This document shows, piece by piece, positions 53,346-62,741 of a stretch of 64,000 nucleotides of DNA; positions within the stretch are counted from its first letter, which is position 1; every line of letters starts with the position of its first letter. The position numbers were made by a program, and so were the translations under genes. The notes under the pieces were generated by a model. That model did not search any database. It had not been told where the DNA came from and was given only the letters and a program-made list of their open reading frames with translations. Source of the stretch: Planctomycetota bacterium. Lineage in GTDB: Bacteria; Planctomycetota; UBA11346. The DNA lies in contig JBBRLJ010000014.1 of the NCBI GenBank assembly GCA_038231435.1, positions 50,010 through 114,009 on the forward strand, given 5' to 3'.

Positions 53346-54452
53346 TCAGATCTTTCCGCACATCGCGAGCAGCGTCGCGAGCGAGCGCCACGCGACCGGC
53401 TTGAGCGTGCGCGGGTGTTCGTCCGGCTTCCAACCGTGCTCGGAGGCCTGGCGCCTGATCTGCACGCCGGTGGCGACGCCGCGCAGCGCCTCGGCCACGG
53501 AGTGCGGCCCGGCGAAGGCGATCCCCACCAGCCGGTCGATGCGCTGCAGCTCATCCGGTTTCGGGATGCTGGGCACCTGGCGCAGCGACCACACGCACAG
53601 GTCGACGCGGCTGGGCGGGGATACCTGCTCGCGGCTGAGCTTCTGCGAGATCCACGGCTTTCCAGCGAGGCGCGTGATCACGCTCGAACGCGTATGGTGG
53701 CCATCGTGGCCGCAGAGCTTGCGCGCCGCCTCGTACTGGAGCACCAGATCGAGCGCCTCGGGCTGGTCGCCGAGGGGATCGAGCAGCCAGCGCCGCACCA
53801 GATCGGCAGTGAGATTGAAAGGCGGGTTGGCGATCACGCGCCAGCGGCCGGTCAGGCGCGGGCCGACGCGCAGGGCGTCGCCGGCGTGCAGCACGAGCAT
53901 GCGCGAGGCGATCTCGCGCGAGAACCGCTTGGCGAGCACCGCGCAACGGTCCTGATCGCGCTCGATGGCGTGCACCAGCGCGCCGGCCTGCAGCAGTTCG
54001 GCAGTCAAGGCACCGCGGCCGGCGCCGATCTCGAGCACCACGTCGCCCTGGCGCAGGTGGGCGCCGGTGACGATCGCGCGCGCCGCTGCGGGCTCGAGAT
54101 CGTGCTGCTGCAGATCGTTCGAGATGCGTGGCGAAAGGATCCGTGGCGGGCGCGGGCGCTCTAGCGCCGGACGCGGCGACTCTGGGCGGGCGGGTGCTCC
54201 GGCCAGGGACGCGGCATCGGGGTCCTGACGCGCGGGGCGGGTAGCGTCACGCGCGCGCTCGCGGTGGTCCCGCCGGCCAGCGCGCTGGTCCGGGCGTGGT
54301 GGGCGCGGGCCTCCGCGCGGCGGGCGGTTCCCCGGCGACGCCGGCTTCGCATCGCCTTGGGGATTTCTGCCTGGGCGGCGCGGAGCGTGCTCACCATGCG
54401 CATCCGCATCGACATCGCCGGGGTCGCTGGCGCCGGGACCGTGCGGGGTCAA
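53346..54452 (-). CDS. rRNA adenine N6-methyltransferase (Erm/KsgA family) with a disordered N-terminal extension
   Basis: VLEIGAGRGALT, HAIERD, GDAL, VIANPPFNLT, LQYEAA, PPSRVD. TTG start overlapping the upstream stop is tentative. Confidence 0.75.
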   Translation of the reverse strand: MTPHGPGASDPGDVDADAHGEHAPRRPGRNPQGDAKPASPGNRPPRGGPRPPRPDQRAGRRDHRERARDATRPARQDPDAASLAGAPARPESPRPALERPRPPRILSPRISNDLQQHDLEPAAARAIVTGAHLRQGDVVLEIGAGRGALTAELLQAGALVHAIERDQDRCAVLAKRFSREIASRMLVLHAGDALRVGPRLTGRWRVIANPPFNLTADLVRRWLLDPLGDQPEALDLVLQYEAARKLCGHDGHHTRSSVITRLAGKPWISQKLSREQVSPPSRVDLCVWSLRQVPSIPKPDELQRIDRLVGIAFAGPHSVAEALRGVATGVQIRRQASEHGWKPDEHPRTLKPVAWRSLATLLAMCGKI

Positions 54453-55609
54453 GCGAGCCGTCCGCGCGCCCAGTCGGCGATGAAGCCGATGGTGTCGTCG
54501 AACGAGGCGCTGCGCGCCGCGCGGATGAAGAATCCACTGGTGGCGGCGGCGAGCGCCAGGCGCTGGCGGGCGTCGAGGCCGAGCATCAGGCCCAGGCAAT
54601 AGCCCGCGTTGAAGCGGTCGCCGGCGCCGGTGGTCTTGCGGGGCGAGGCGCAGAACGGTCCGGGCGCGACGGCGGTCGCGCCGCTCTCATCGGCAACGGC
54701 GTTGATGCGTGCGTTGTGCACCACCACCTGGCTGATGCCCAGCTCCGTTCGCAGCTGGTCGGCCCGCGCCGTCACCGCCGCCGGCAGGCGCTCGAGCACC
54801 CCCAGGCCGAGCACCCGCGACAGCGCATCCGCCTCGGTGAGGTTGACGCCCAGGACGACCTTGCAGCTGCGCTCGAATCCGCTCATGGCCGCGAGCATAT
54901 CGCGGACCTCGGCTTCCGCACGGCTCGACGGATCCACGAGATCGATGAACAGCCAGGGCCGGTGGCTGATGCGCGCGAACACCGTCTCCTGAAGCACCCG
55001 CCAGCAGGCGGTCATGTGCGGGTACAGCGTCCAGTTGGTGATCGCGATCAGCCCGGCGGCGGCGCACACCGCGGGAAAGGCCCCCTGCGAGGCCACCTGG
55101 CGCATCAGCTCGGGCGTCAGCTCGGCGAGCTGCTCGACCGCGCTGAACATGAACTTGCCGTCCGCGAACTCGAAGGCGAGGGTGCGTCCATAGGATCTCC
55201 CGAGGGCGGTGGCCGACCGGCAGCCCCCCGCGAACGCATCGAAGGCCGGGTGGCGCGGCGTGCCGATGGTGCCGAAGAAGTCGAGCCCCACGCCGAGCGC
55301 GCGCAGCCCGTCGCCGAGATTCACCGCACAGCCGCCCGCGTCCTGGCTGCGCACCACGATCTCGCGCAGGCTGTTGCGGCCCGCCGCCGCCGTGATCACC
55401 GAGCCCAGCTCCGCCATCGAGTCCAGCCGCGTCCAGTCGCCAGGGCCACGCCGTTCACCGACCACCGAGATCATCTCATCGACGAAGCCGTCGAAGCCGG
55501 CGACCGCCGACAGGCGACCGACCTCGGCGGCGCGGTGACGCAGCAGCACCGCGAGGTCGTCGAGCTCCGCTGGCGAGAGCTCGGGTGCCTGGGGACCGCC
55601 GCCGCTCAT
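54449..55609 (-). CDS. PfkB-family carbohydrate kinase-like protein
   Basis: GFDGFVD, AGGCAVN, FIDLVDP, N.TEA, TTGAGDRFNAG. ATGA overlap. Confidence 0.8.
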   Translation of the reverse strand: MSGGGPQAPELSPAELDDLAVLLRHRAAEVGRLSAVAGFDGFVDEMISVVGERRGPGDWTRLDSMAELGSVITAAAGRNSLREIVVRSQDAGGCAVNLGDGLRALGVGLDFFGTIGTPRHPAFDAFAGGCRSATALGRSYGRTLAFEFADGKFMFSAVEQLAELTPELMRQVASQGAFPAVCAAAGLIAITNWTLYPHMTACWRVLQETVFARISHRPWLFIDLVDPSSRAEAEVRDMLAAMSGFERSCKVVLGVNLTEADALSRVLGLGVLERLPAAVTARADQLRTELGISQVVVHNARINAVADESGATAVAPGPFCASPRKTTGAGDRFNAGYCLGLMLGLDARQRLALAAATSGFFIRAARSASFDDTIGFIADWARGRLA

Positions 55610-57411
55610 GCCGGATCGGGGACGCGCGTGATCGCCTGATCGGTGAAGATGTCCGCCTCGTCCCGCGAGCGGGTCGAGAACTCGCTGACGATCGCCCCGG
55701 CCGGTCCGGCGACGAACCAGTGCGGGGTGTTGGGCTTCAGGGTGTACTGCTCTCCTGGCCCGAGGTGCACGTGCTTGAAGACCGTCATCGCCGCATGCTT
55801 GTCCGCGGGCACCATCCGCAATGCGAACTCGCGTTCGGCGCCATCGCGCTTGCTGCCCGGCAGAAACAGGTGCACCTCGCCGCTGCGCACGCGGAAGGTC
55901 TCCTCCTTGCCGGGCTCGGACGCTCCCGCGGCCTCGGCGGGGATCGGCGGATGGCGATGTTCTGGACAGATCTGCCCAGGCAGCATCACCAGCTCCTTGG
56001 CGCAGCAGCGCTCGGTGTTGACGTACACCTGGATGGCGAGGCCGAACTGCTCGAAGCGACCGAGTCCGAAATCGGCGATCTCGATCACGGAAGCTTCGGC
56101 AGCGGTTAGGACGATCCCGGCGGTGCGCATGGCGGCGGCGGCGGCGGCGCGTCGGTCGGCGATGCTCTTGGCAGATGGCACAGCAGAGGGCGAAGCGGAT
56201 GGCGCGGCTGCGCCACTGGAACCGCCAGCGCGGGGTTTCGAGGCGTTCTCGGCGGCGGTCATGAAGGGATCCTCCAGGGGAAGCGCGGTGGCGGCGGCGA
56301 GCTGCGCGGCGACGCCCTGCGAACGCAGGCGCAGCCAGCGTTCGGCTCCCGGCTCGTCGGCGTCGGGCGTGTAGGCGCAGGCGAGCAGCACGTGGGCGAT
56401 GATCGCGGTCGGTGCGACCCCCTGCGCCAGGCACAGGCGCGCGGCGCCGACCAGGCGATCGTCGGCAGCCAGCTTGCGCAGCGGATCGCGGGCGACCCGC
56501 GCCACCGGATCGCGCAGGGCTGGATTCGCATACCGCAGGAAGAGGTCCTCGAGCAGGCGCGCGCATTCCGTACGGATCGCCGCGCGCGCCGGCTCCTCGG
56601 CTGAGCAGGCTCCGTGGGCGCGCGCCAGCGCCTCGATCGCTTCGGCTCCAGCGGCCCGCGCCGCGGCGGCGATGGGCTCATCGAGCACGCAGTCGCGGAT
56701 GGTGGCGAGTCCGCGCGCATGGCCCGCATACGCCAGGCAGGCGTGGGTGAGATTATGCAGGTAGAGCTTCTGGCGCAGGACCAGCTCGAAGTCGTCGCGC
56801 GCGTCCAGGTGCGGCACCACCGGCACCTGGCCGATGAAGGCGGCGCGTTCCACCGGCAGGCAGGCATACGGCTCGACGGCGATGTCGAGCGGATCGCCAC
56901 CGGTCGCGGCCGGGATCATCCGCCCGATCGAAGTGCGGACCAAACCGAGACGCGCGTCGACAGCCGGTCGTTCAGCGGCTGGGAGCCCGGCGAGCACCGC
57001 GCGCCGCAGCAATCCGGTGGCGTCGGCGCCGTTCTCGCACACCAGCACGTCGAGCGCGCCGCGGTGGGCGGCGATGCGCGCCGACACTCCGCGCGCGAGC
57101 GGCGCGCCCAGGCGCTCGAGCACGTTCAGGCCGACGGCGGTGGCGACGAGATCGCAGCCGGACAGGGCGGCGGTGACCGCGGCCTCGTCGCGCGCGTGGA
57201 TGCCACCCACTGGCGAGACGCGCAGCGCGCGCTCGCCCGCGGCGTCGACCTCGCGCACGGTGTAGGCGCCGCGGGCGTTCAGCGCGTCGATGCGCACGGC
57301 GTCGACGTCGACGAACACCACCCGCCAGCCGGCCGCCGTGAAGGTCGGGGCGATGAAGCCGCGGCCGATATTGCCGGCGCCGAACTGGACCAGGGTGGGC
57401 ACGCCGTCCAT
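55606..57411 (-). CDS. Fusion of mannitol-1-phosphate 5-dehydrogenase-like domain and D-lyxose/D-mannose isomerase (cupin) domain
   Basis: N-terminus: QFGAGNIGRGF, ATAVG, CEN, RQKLYLHNLTHA, RVARDPLRKL..DRLVG. C-terminus: EIADFGLG, YVNTERCCAKEL..LPGQICPEHRHP, GKEETFR, PNTPHWF, SEFSTRSRDEADIFTD. Confidence 0.88.
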   Translation of the reverse strand: MDGVPTLVQFGAGNIGRGFIAPTFTAAGWRVVFVDVDAVRIDALNARGAYTVREVDAAGERALRVSPVGGIHARDEAAVTAALSGCDLVATAVGLNVLERLGAPLARGVSARIAAHRGALDVLVCENGADATGLLRRAVLAGLPAAERPAVDARLGLVRTSIGRMIPAATGGDPLDIAVEPYACLPVERAAFIGQVPVVPHLDARDDFELVLRQKLYLHNLTHACLAYAGHARGLATIRDCVLDEPIAAAARAAGAEAIEALARAHGACSAEEPARAAIRTECARLLEDLFLRYANPALRDPVARVARDPLRKLAADDRLVGAARLCLAQGVAPTAIIAHVLLACAYTPDADEPGAERWLRLRSQGVAAQLAAATALPLEDPFMTAAENASKPRAGGSSGAAAPSASPSAVPSAKSIADRRAAAAAAMRTAGIVLTAAEASVIEIADFGLGRFEQFGLAIQVYVNTERCCAKELVMLPGQICPEHRHPPIPAEAAGASEPGKEETFRVRSGEVHLFLPGSKRDGAEREFALRMVPADKHAAMTVFKHVHLGPGEQYTLKPNTPHWFVAGPAGAIVSEFSTRSRDEADIFTDQAITRVPDPA

Positions 57412-57556
57412 CTTGGCGGGCCCCTCCTCGGTCAAGTCCGCTCCGGCACGTCCACGTGGTCCGCTTACGCTAGGACGATGCCGGATGGCGATCCTCTGCG
57501 TGTACGCCCTGCCGTCTGGCCGATTGAGCGCCAGGCCCGGCAACGACACTGCGGCC

Positions 57557-57976
57557 ATGCCGGCCATGGACCCCGAGTACGCGTGCGCCTTGGCCCAGGA
57601 TGCTCGTGGCTGGTGGCTCCTGCAGCTGCGCCCCGCCGATGCGCCGGTCGCGCCAGCGCAGCTGACCTGCTTCGGTGGGCGCCGCGAGCTCGGCGAGGAT
57701 TCGGAGTGGTGCCTGCGCCGCGAACTGCTCGAGGAGACCGACTGGACGCCGCGCCAACTCGGAGCGGCAGTCGAGCTGTGGCAGGGCGCGCGCTTCGTCG
57801 CGCGTTTCTATCGCGTCGCGCTCGACGTCCCGCTCGCGCGCATCCATCCCGAGGCCGGATCGGTCGCCATCCTCACGCCCACGCCGGCCCTGCCCGGACT
57901 GCCCGTGAGCCCATGGCACCGCCAGGTCCTCGAGGCCGCGCTGCGTGGCGAGACCCGCGTGGAACTCGCGACCTGA
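57557..57976 (+). CDS. NUDIX hydrolase
   Basis: NUDIX box FGGRRELGEDSEWCLRRELLEET. Confidence 0.8.
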   Translation: MPAMDPEYACALAQDARGWWLLQLRPADAPVAPAQLTCFGGRRELGEDSEWCLRRELLEETDWTPRQLGAAVELWQGARFVARFYRVALDVPLARIHPEAGSVAILTPTPALPGLPVSPWHRQVLEAALRGETRVELAT

Positions 57977-57998
57977 TCGCCCAGCCGATCGGGTGGAG

Positions 57999-59669
57999 TC
58001 AGCCGGCGCGGATATCGACGACCATGAACCCGCCGCCGCCACGTTCGCGCCAGGACCTCCATGATTGCAGCACGCGTCCGCGCGCGACCTTCATCGACGC
58101 GGTGATGTGCCCGTTCTCGATCGTCCACGGCTCGGCGACGAGGTGGACGCGGGCGATACGCAAGAAGGGCTCGGCCTGTACCGCGTTGTAGGCGCGCACC
58201 GCGTCCACCGCCTCGACACCCGCATGGCCGTGCCGTGGCTCGATCAGTGCGATCAGCTCGCCGTCCACGGCCACCACCGCATGGTGGACGGCGAGGTGCG
58301 CGTGGAGGATCGCCTCGATCTCGGCGGCCGAGGCCTTCTCGCCATTGGCGAGCTTGAGCACGTGATCGGCGCGCCCCGACAGCTTCAGCCCCGCGTCGGT
58401 CCAGGCGCCGAGATCGCCGCTGTCGAGCACGCTGCGCACGCCGTCGCGCGCCAGGCATGGCGACTCGCGCTTGAAGTAGCCGAGCATGACATTCGGGCCG
58501 CGCACCAGGATGCGGCCGGTGCCGCGCTCCACCCCTACATCCACGCCGGGGATCGGTTGCCCGACCACGCCGGGCTCATGGCGCGAGCCGGGCGGCGTGA
58601 TCACGGCGCTGGGGCTGCATTCGGTGAGCCCCCAGCCTTCGTACACCGGCACGTGCGCCGCGGCGTACCACGAGAACAGGGCTTCCGGCAGCGGCGCGGC
58701 GGCGGTGAACGCCCACTTCAGGCACGAGCGGTCGAGCACCTCTTCGGCGATCACCAGCGCATGGATCTTCGGCACGCTCATGAACACCGTCGGGCGTACC
58801 GCGCGCATGGTGTCGATGAAGCGCTGGCGGTCGCGTCCGCCGCCAGGCACCAAGGTCACCGTCGCTCCGCGGCACAGCGCCCACAGGCGTTCGGCCAACG
58901 AGCCGAAGCTGTGGTGCCAGGGCAGATACGAGGCCAGACGGTCGCCAACGCCGACCTCGGGCCAGAGCATGGCGAACGCCGCCTGCTGGCTCGCCACGTT
59001 ATCGTGCGACAGCACCACCCCGCGCGGCGTGCCGCTCGAGCCGCTGGTCCCGCTGGTATAGAGGATCAGGCACGCGGTATCCGCGGCTACCGGGCGGTCG
59101 GCCGCGGTGGCTGACTGTGTGGCTGGCCGCGTGGCGAGCTCCCATAGCCTCTCGGGCGCGAACGCTAGGCAGCCGGCTGGCAGGAGCCGGACATGCGCCG
59201 CGTCCGCGACCAGCGCCGCGCGCGGCGCGAGTTCTGACATCAGCTCGCGCAGGCGCGCATCGCCGAAGCCAGTGAACACCGGCGCGGCGATCGCGCCCAG
59301 GCGCCAGGCGGCGAGCTCGACGACCAGGTGCGCGGCTCCGTTCGGCGCCAGGATGGCCAGGCGCTCACCGGCGGGAAGGTGCTCGGCCAGCGCGCTCGCC
59401 AGCCGCGACGACCAGGCATCCAGATCGCGCCACGAGCAACGCCTCCCTTCGTCGAGGAGTACCGTCGCATCTCCGTGCGCCGCGACGCAGCGCGCGACCA
59501 GTTCGGGGATGGTGGTGGCACGATCCGCTGGCAGCGGCGCGCCAGCGCGCCAGTCGACAACGCCGGCAGCCGGTCCGCAGGAGCGGGAGTCGTCATCCGA
59601 GGAGTTCGTGGCCGCCATCGGCGTCGGTGGATACGGTTCCGCGCCCTCAAGGACATCGAAAAACGCCAT
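57999..59669 (-). CDS. AMP-dependent synthetase (long-chain acyl-CoA/acyl-ACP ligase)
   Basis: ILYTSGT..GTPRGVVLSH, SYLPWHH, YEGWGLTE, VRGPNVMLGY, SGDLG, GR...KLANGEK, NG..TASMK. Start 59669 or 59618. Confidence 0.88.
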   Translation of the reverse strand: MAFFDVLEGAEPYPPTPMAATNSSDDDSRSCGPAAGVVDWRAGAPLPADRATTIPELVARCVAAHGDATVLLDEGRRCSWRDLDAWSSRLASALAEHLPAGERLAILAPNGAAHLVVELAAWRLGAIAAPVFTGFGDARLRELMSELAPRAALVADAAHVRLLPAGCLAFAPERLWELATRPATQSATAADRPVAADTACLILYTSGTSGSSGTPRGVVLSHDNVASQQAAFAMLWPEVGVGDRLASYLPWHHSFGSLAERLWALCRGATVTLVPGGGRDRQRFIDTMRAVRPTVFMSVPKIHALVIAEEVLDRSCLKWAFTAAAPLPEALFSWYAAAHVPVYEGWGLTECSPSAVITPPGSRHEPGVVGQPIPGVDVGVERGTGRILVRGPNVMLGYFKRESPCLARDGVRSVLDSGDLGAWTDAGLKLSGRADHVLKLANGEKASAAEIEAILHAHLAVHHAVVAVDGELIALIEPRHGHAGVEAVDAVRAYNAVQAEPFLRIARVHLVAEPWTIENGHITASMKVARGRVLQSWRSWRERGGGGFMVVDIRAG

Positions 59670-59722
59670 CGCCCACCGGCTCCGACGCTTGCTCCGGAGC
59701 TCGTCCGCTCGACCCTGGGCTG

Positions 59723-61366
59723 ATGCCGCGGATCGTCGCCACCGCCGTAGCCACGCCGCTCGGCGATCTCCGCGCGACCATCGCCTCGCTCGATGCCGGA
59801 CGCGGTGGTCCCGGACGCCTGCCCCAGCCGTTGCTGCCGACCCTGCTGGCCCTCGCACGTCAGGCGCTGGGCGCGGCGAAACCCGACCTGGTGCTGTTCG
59901 CCACCACCAAGGCGGATCTGGATGTCTGGTGCGAGAGCCTGCTGCGCGCGCCCGGCGATTACGCGGGCGGGCCCGCCCACGTGGCCGCCGCGCTTGGCGC
60001 CGCGCTCGGCGCTCCCGCATTCGCCGTGAGCGCTGCGTGCGCCAGTTCGCCGGTCGCGTGCGGGGTGGCGGCGCGCGCGCTCGCCGCTGGCGGCGCCACG
60101 CGCGTGCTGGTGCTGGCCGGAGATCGGCTCGGCCCCTTCGTGCTCGATGGTTTCGCCGCGCTCAAGGCCCTCGATCCACTCGGTTGCCGACCCTTCGATG
60201 CGGCGCGCGCCGGCCTAGCGCTCGGCGAGTCTGCAACCGCCGTGGTATTCGAAGCGGATGCCGATGCGGCTGCCGGTTCGGATGCAGATGCCGGGCCCGA
60301 GGCGGGCGTGCATCTGCAAGGCTGGGGCGCGAGTCTCGACGCCAACCACCTCACCGGTCCGACGCGCGACGGTTCGGGGCTCGCGCGCGCCTGCGCCGCC
60401 GCGCTCGCGCGCGCGGCGGTCACCGCGCCGGTCCTGGTCATCGGCCACGGCACCGGCACGCGCTACAACGACGACAGTGAGAGTCTCGCCTACGCATCGG
60501 TCTGCCCAGCGGCTCCGGTGGCGGGCTACAAGGGCGCGCTCGGGCACAGTCTCGGCGCCTGCGGGCTGGTGGAACTCGCCATCGCCACCGAGAGCGTGCG
60601 GCGCGGCGCGGCGCCCGGCACCGTCGGGCTCGCTACCCAAGGGTGCGCGGGCGCGATCCGCGTGCTCTCGCCCGGCAGGCACGCGCTCGCCCACGGATCG
60701 GTGCTCGCCGCCAACGCCGGTTTCGGCGGCATCAATGGCGCGGTGGTGCTCGGCATCGCGCCCAGCCCGACCCGCGCGATCGCCCACGCCAAGCTGTCTA
60801 CATCGATCGTGCTCGACCATGCCGGCTGGAAGCGCCGCGGTGCCGATGGTGGAGAGAGCTCAGGTGCTTGGACCGAGCGCGACGAAGCCGGCGCGCCGCG
60901 GCTCACGGCCAAGGACGTGATCGGACGCATCGAACCGAACTGGGGACGCATGGATCTCGCCTGCCGCGCCCTGGTGGCGCTCGGCGCTTGTTCCGCGACC
61001 GGCGGGGCTGGTAGGATCGGGCCTGCGGGAACGGCAGCTGGCATGCTGGGCGAGGACACGGCCGTGGTGCTGCTGAGCGATGTGGGCTGCGCCGCCAGCG
61101 ACCGCGCCTTCGAGCGCGAGCGGCGAGCGAGCGCCGCCGACCCGCAGCGATTCCCCTACACCCTGCCCACCGCGCCGGTGGGCGAGGCGAGCATCCGCCT
61201 GCGCTTGCGCGGCCCCGGGTTCACGCTCCTAGGCGCCAGTGACGACCAGGGGCGCCAGGTGGCGCGCGAGCTCATCGCGGATGGCTGCCCACGCGTGCTG
61301 CTGGCCCGGGTCGAGGCCGACGGCGCGCTCGCCACCGCCTGGGCCGAGGTCTGGAGCTCCGCCTGA
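59723..61366 (+). CDS. Beta-ketoacyl-ACP synthase fused to a C-terminal chain-length-factor-like domain
   Basis: Catalytic C-H-H triad (SAACASS, GHGTGT, KGALGHSLG), CRPFD..R.GL.LGE, GFGG.N; then RMD...CR and PQRFPYTLPTAPVGEASIR...GP. Confidence 0.85.
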   Translation: MPRIVATAVATPLGDLRATIASLDAGRGGPGRLPQPLLPTLLALARQALGAAKPDLVLFATTKADLDVWCESLLRAPGDYAGGPAHVAAALGAALGAPAFAVSAACASSPVACGVAARALAAGGATRVLVLAGDRLGPFVLDGFAALKALDPLGCRPFDAARAGLALGESATAVVFEADADAAAGSDADAGPEAGVHLQGWGASLDANHLTGPTRDGSGLARACAAALARAAVTAPVLVIGHGTGTRYNDDSESLAYASVCPAAPVAGYKGALGHSLGACGLVELAIATESVRRGAAPGTVGLATQGCAGAIRVLSPGRHALAHGSVLAANAGFGGINGAVVLGIAPSPTRAIAHAKLSTSIVLDHAGWKRRGADGGESSGAWTERDEAGAPRLTAKDVIGRIEPNWGRMDLACRALVALGACSATGGAGRIGPAGTAAGMLGEDTAVVLLSDVGCAASDRAFERERRASAADPQRFPYTLPTAPVGEASIRLRLRGPGFTLLGASDDQGRQVARELIADGCPRVLLARVEADGALATAWAEVWSSA

Positions 61367-61442
61367 CCATCGGCCTGACCATCCTCTAGACCTCAGGTGA
61401 CCCGGCTTGCGCCGCACGCGTGCGGATTACCCTGGTGCGGAC

Positions 61443-61757
61443 ATGACGCCGTCCCAGCTCACGCTCGCCCAGCACCTGATCACGGGACTGAACCTCGAGG
61501 GCATCGGCCCGGCCGACATCCAGCCCGACGCGCCGCTGTTCGGCGAGGGGCTGAAGCTCGACTCGATCGACGCCCTCGAACTCGCCGTGATCATCGAACG
61601 CTCCTATGGCGTGCGCATCGCCGACATGGATGCGGGAAAGAAAGCCTTCGCGAGCCTGGCCGCGCTCGACGCCTTCATCGCGTCGCAGCCGCCGGCGGCC
61701 GGCGGCGGTCCGGCCACGAGCCCAGCTGCCAAGAGTCCCTCTGCCAAGAGTCCATGA
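61443..61757 (+). CDS. Acyl carrier protein (aryl-polyene/type II PKS-like)
   Basis: DAPLFGEGLKLDSIDALEL (phosphopantetheine Ser), YGVRI, F.S...L..FI. Confidence 0.9.
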   Translation: MTPSQLTLAQHLITGLNLEGIGPADIQPDAPLFGEGLKLDSIDALELAVIIERSYGVRIADMDAGKKAFASLAALDAFIASQPPAAGGGPATSPAAKSPSAKSP

Positions 61758-61798
61758 GCATGAGCCCATGAGTACGCGACCATGAGAAAGCCTCGGAC

Positions 61799-62269
61799 AT
61801 GATCCAGGACGCGCTCGCCAATGCCGGCCGCTACCACGCGCTGCATCCGTTGTTCGCACCCGCCTTCGCGTGGTGCGCCGATCCCACGAACCTGGCCAGC
61901 GTCGACGGCAGGATCCCTATCCGCGGTGAGGACCTCTTCGTGATCGTGGATTCAGGCGCCACCGCGCCCGCCGCGGACAAGCGGCTCGAATCGCACCGCC
62001 GCTACATCGACATCCAGGTCAACCTCACCGGCCCCGAGGTGATGGAATGGTGCCCGGTCGCCGACCTGCGCCCGGCCGACGACTTCGCTCCAGATGGCGA
62101 CATCCGCTTCTACCATCAGCCCGCGTTCACCCCGACCCGTCTGCTGGTACGACCACGGGAGTTCGCCGTGTTCTGGCCCGAGGACGCGCATAAACCCTGC
62201 TGTAACCCGGACGGCGGATCGGCCCGGTTCCGGAAACTGGTGTTCAAGGTCGCGGCCTCGGCGCGCTGA
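61799..62269 (+). CDS. YhcH/YjgK/YiaL (DUF386) family protein
   Basis: ESHRRYIDIQ...G.E, DI.FY, FAVFWPEDAHKP, RKLVFKV. Confidence 0.88.
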   Translation: MIQDALANAGRYHALHPLFAPAFAWCADPTNLASVDGRIPIRGEDLFVIVDSGATAPAADKRLESHRRYIDIQVNLTGPEVMEWCPVADLRPADDFAPDGDIRFYHQPAFTPTRLLVRPREFAVFWPEDAHKPCCNPDGGSARFRKLVFKVAASAR

Positions 62270-62363
62270 ATCCGTAGCGCCTCCCCCGGTTTGCCGTGAC
62301 TCTCACCGGCTTGTCTTGCCTGGAGGCGGGCATACCGTGCTCCGCTCAGTCCCCGGCCCCCAG

Positions 62364-62435
62364 GCCCGAGTAGCTCAGCGGTAGAGCAGCGCTTTCGTAA
62401 AGCGAAGGTCGGAGGTTCGATTCCTCTCTTGGGCA
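62364..62435 (+). tRNA. tRNA-Thr (anticodon CGT), no encoded CCA
   Basis: Acceptor stem GCCCGAG/CTTGGGC, D arm TAGCTCAGCGGTAGAGC, anticodon loop TTCGTAA, T loop GGTTCGATTCC. Confidence 0.93.
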
Positions 62436-62741
62436 GTTTTTTGGAGTGGGGACTGCGGGCTGCTGATCGCCGCGAGGCCGGATCTCTCACCTGCTTTCCT
62501 GCTCGAGTAGCAGAAAGTGTCTGTCCTAGAATTCGCTAGTAGGACCCACGGGGAGCGACGCAGAGCCATTTTATCGCAGTTGAGTTTTCCATGCATGGAG
62601 AACGCTACGCGGGTCATTCGAAATCTATGGACAGATCATCGATAGGAAACGTGGATCAAAAATGAGAGCCTCATCTTCTTACCCCTTGTCCTGCCTCTAG
62701 GGTCCGGATCCATGACCTGTCCATGACCTGCTCGCCTCTAT

